In this document: positions 7,479 to 8,621 of the stretch, in pieces | Position numbering within the stretch: the first letter of the stretch is position 1 | How the letters are laid out: every line of letters begins with the position of its first letter | Notes under the pieces: model-generated | Seen by the model: only the letters and a program-made list of their open reading frames with translations | Database searches by the model: none | What the model was told of the DNA's origin: nothing | Virus record (IMG/VR): IMGVR_UViG_2645728091_000019 | Strand: one strand, 5' to 3' | DNA: 8,621 bases | Source: a virus | Taxonomy: Duplodnaviria; Heunggongvirae; Uroviricota; Caudoviricetes | Translations under genes and position numbers: made by a program

Positions 7479-7975
7479 TTTACTGCCCGTCGTGTGGACA
7501 TGTTGCTCACACTCGTCGCGCACATTTCATGGACGATGGCACCAAGATAATGATTGCACAGTGCCGGAATATTTATTGCTCTGCGACATTTGAAGCGAGT
7601 GAAAGCTTTTTCTCTGACAGTAAAGATTCAGGAATGGAATACATTTCAGGCAAACAGAGATACCGCGATTCACTGACGTCAGCCTCCGGCAGTATGAAAC
7701 GCCCGAAAAGAATGCTTGTTACCGGATATTGTTGTCGGAGATGTAAAGGCCTTGCACTGTCAAGAACATCGCGGCGTCTGTCTCAGGAAGTCACCGAGCG
7801 TTTTTATGTGTGCACGGATCCGGGCTGTGGTCTGGTGTTTAAAACGCTTCAGACCATCACCCGCTTCATTGTCCGCCCGGTCACGCCGGACGAACTGGCA
7901 GAACGCCTGCATGAAAAACAGGAACTGCCGCCAGTACGGTTAAAAACACAATCATATTCGCTGCGTCTGGAATGA
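7475..7975 (+). CDS. delta: Delta-like late transcriptional activator (tandem Ogr-type zinc-finger protein), 166 aa
   Basis: Two Ogr-like Cys4 modules (CPSCGH...CRNIYC and CCRRC...CTDPGC). Translationally coupled to sid. Length matches P4 Delta (memory). Confidence 0.8.
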   Translation: MIYCPSCGHVAHTRRAHFMDDGTKIMIAQCRNIYCSATFEASESFFSDSKDSGMEYISGKQRYRDSLTSASGSMKRPKRMLVTGYCCRRCKGLALSRTSRRLSQEVTERFYVCTDPGCGLVFKTLQTITRFIVRPVTPDELAERLHEKQELPPVRLKTQSYSLRLE

Positions 7976-8048
7976 GGGCTGCCGGTTAACCCCGGCCGTC
8001 GCCGCACACCGTATTTTTATTCTTCAGCATGATGAGAAAGAGATAACG

Positions 8049-8621
8049 ATGGAGAGCACAGCCTTACAGCAGGCCTTTGACACCTGTCAGAATAACAAAG
8101 CAGCATGGCTGCAACGCAAAAATGAGCTGGCTGCGGCCGAACAGGAATATCTGCGGCTTCTGTCCGGGGAAGGCAGAAACGTCAGTCGCCTGGACGAATT
8201 ACGCAATATTATCGAAGTCAGAAAATGGCAGGTGAATCAGGCCGCCGGTCGTTATATTCGTTCGCATGAAGCCGTTCAGCACATCAGCATCCGCGACCGG
8301 CTGAATGATTTTATGCAGCAGCACGGCACAGCACTGGCGGCGGCACTGGCACCGGAGCTGATGGGATACAGTGAGCTGACGGCCATTGCCCGAAACTGTG
8401 CCATACAGCGTGCCACAGATGCCCTGCGTGAAGCCCTTCTGTCCTGGCTTGCGAAGGGGGAAAAAATTAATTATTCCGCACAGGATAGTGACATTTTAAC
8501 GACCATCGGATTCAGGCCTGACGCGGCTTCGGTGGATGACAGCCGTGAAAAATTCACCCCTGCGCAGAACATGATTTTTTCGCGTAAAAGTGCGCAACTG
8601 GAATCACATCAGTCTGTGTAA
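8049..8621 (+). CDS. psu: Psu-like polarity-suppression / capsid decoration protein, 190 aa
   Basis: 190-aa ORF last in the sid-delta operon, ending with TAA at the final three bases of the window. Length and position match P4 Psu (memory). Confidence 0.8.
   Translation: MESTALQQAFDTCQNNKAAWLQRKNELAAAEQEYLRLLSGEGRNVSRLDELRNIIEVRKWQVNQAAGRYIRSHEAVQHISIRDRLNDFMQQHGTALAAALAPELMGYSELTAIARNCAIQRATDALREALLSWLAKGEKINYSAQDSDILTTIGFRPDAASVDDSREKFTPAQNMIFSRKSAQLESHQSV

Overview
Most of this window is the core of a P4-type satellite phage, abutted on the left by the 3' ~1 kb of an IS21-family (IS100-like) insertion sequence. Left to right: istA tail and istB (1-938); the IS end plus unassigned AT-rich DNA with dyad repeats (~940-1440); crr-like iteron repeats (1441-1745); a leftward operon of alpha primase-helicase (1797-4130, broken by one in-frame TGA), cnr, orf151, epsilon and a 65-codon first ORF; an RNA-immunity leader with a sigma70 PLE-like promoter; vis; two TGT-N12-ACA late-activator sites flanking an iteron-rich ori; then the rightward sid-delta-psu operon, which ends exactly at the window edge. 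Gene identities rest on gene order, protein lengths and motifs matched to P4 biology from memory; no database search was possible. I see no CRISPR array, tRNA or rRNA. I do not find a convincingly new protein-coding system inside the window. The most notable observations are two premature stop codons (alpha and istB), the structured immunity leader, and that the P4-family accessory hotspot downstream of psu begins just past the right edge.
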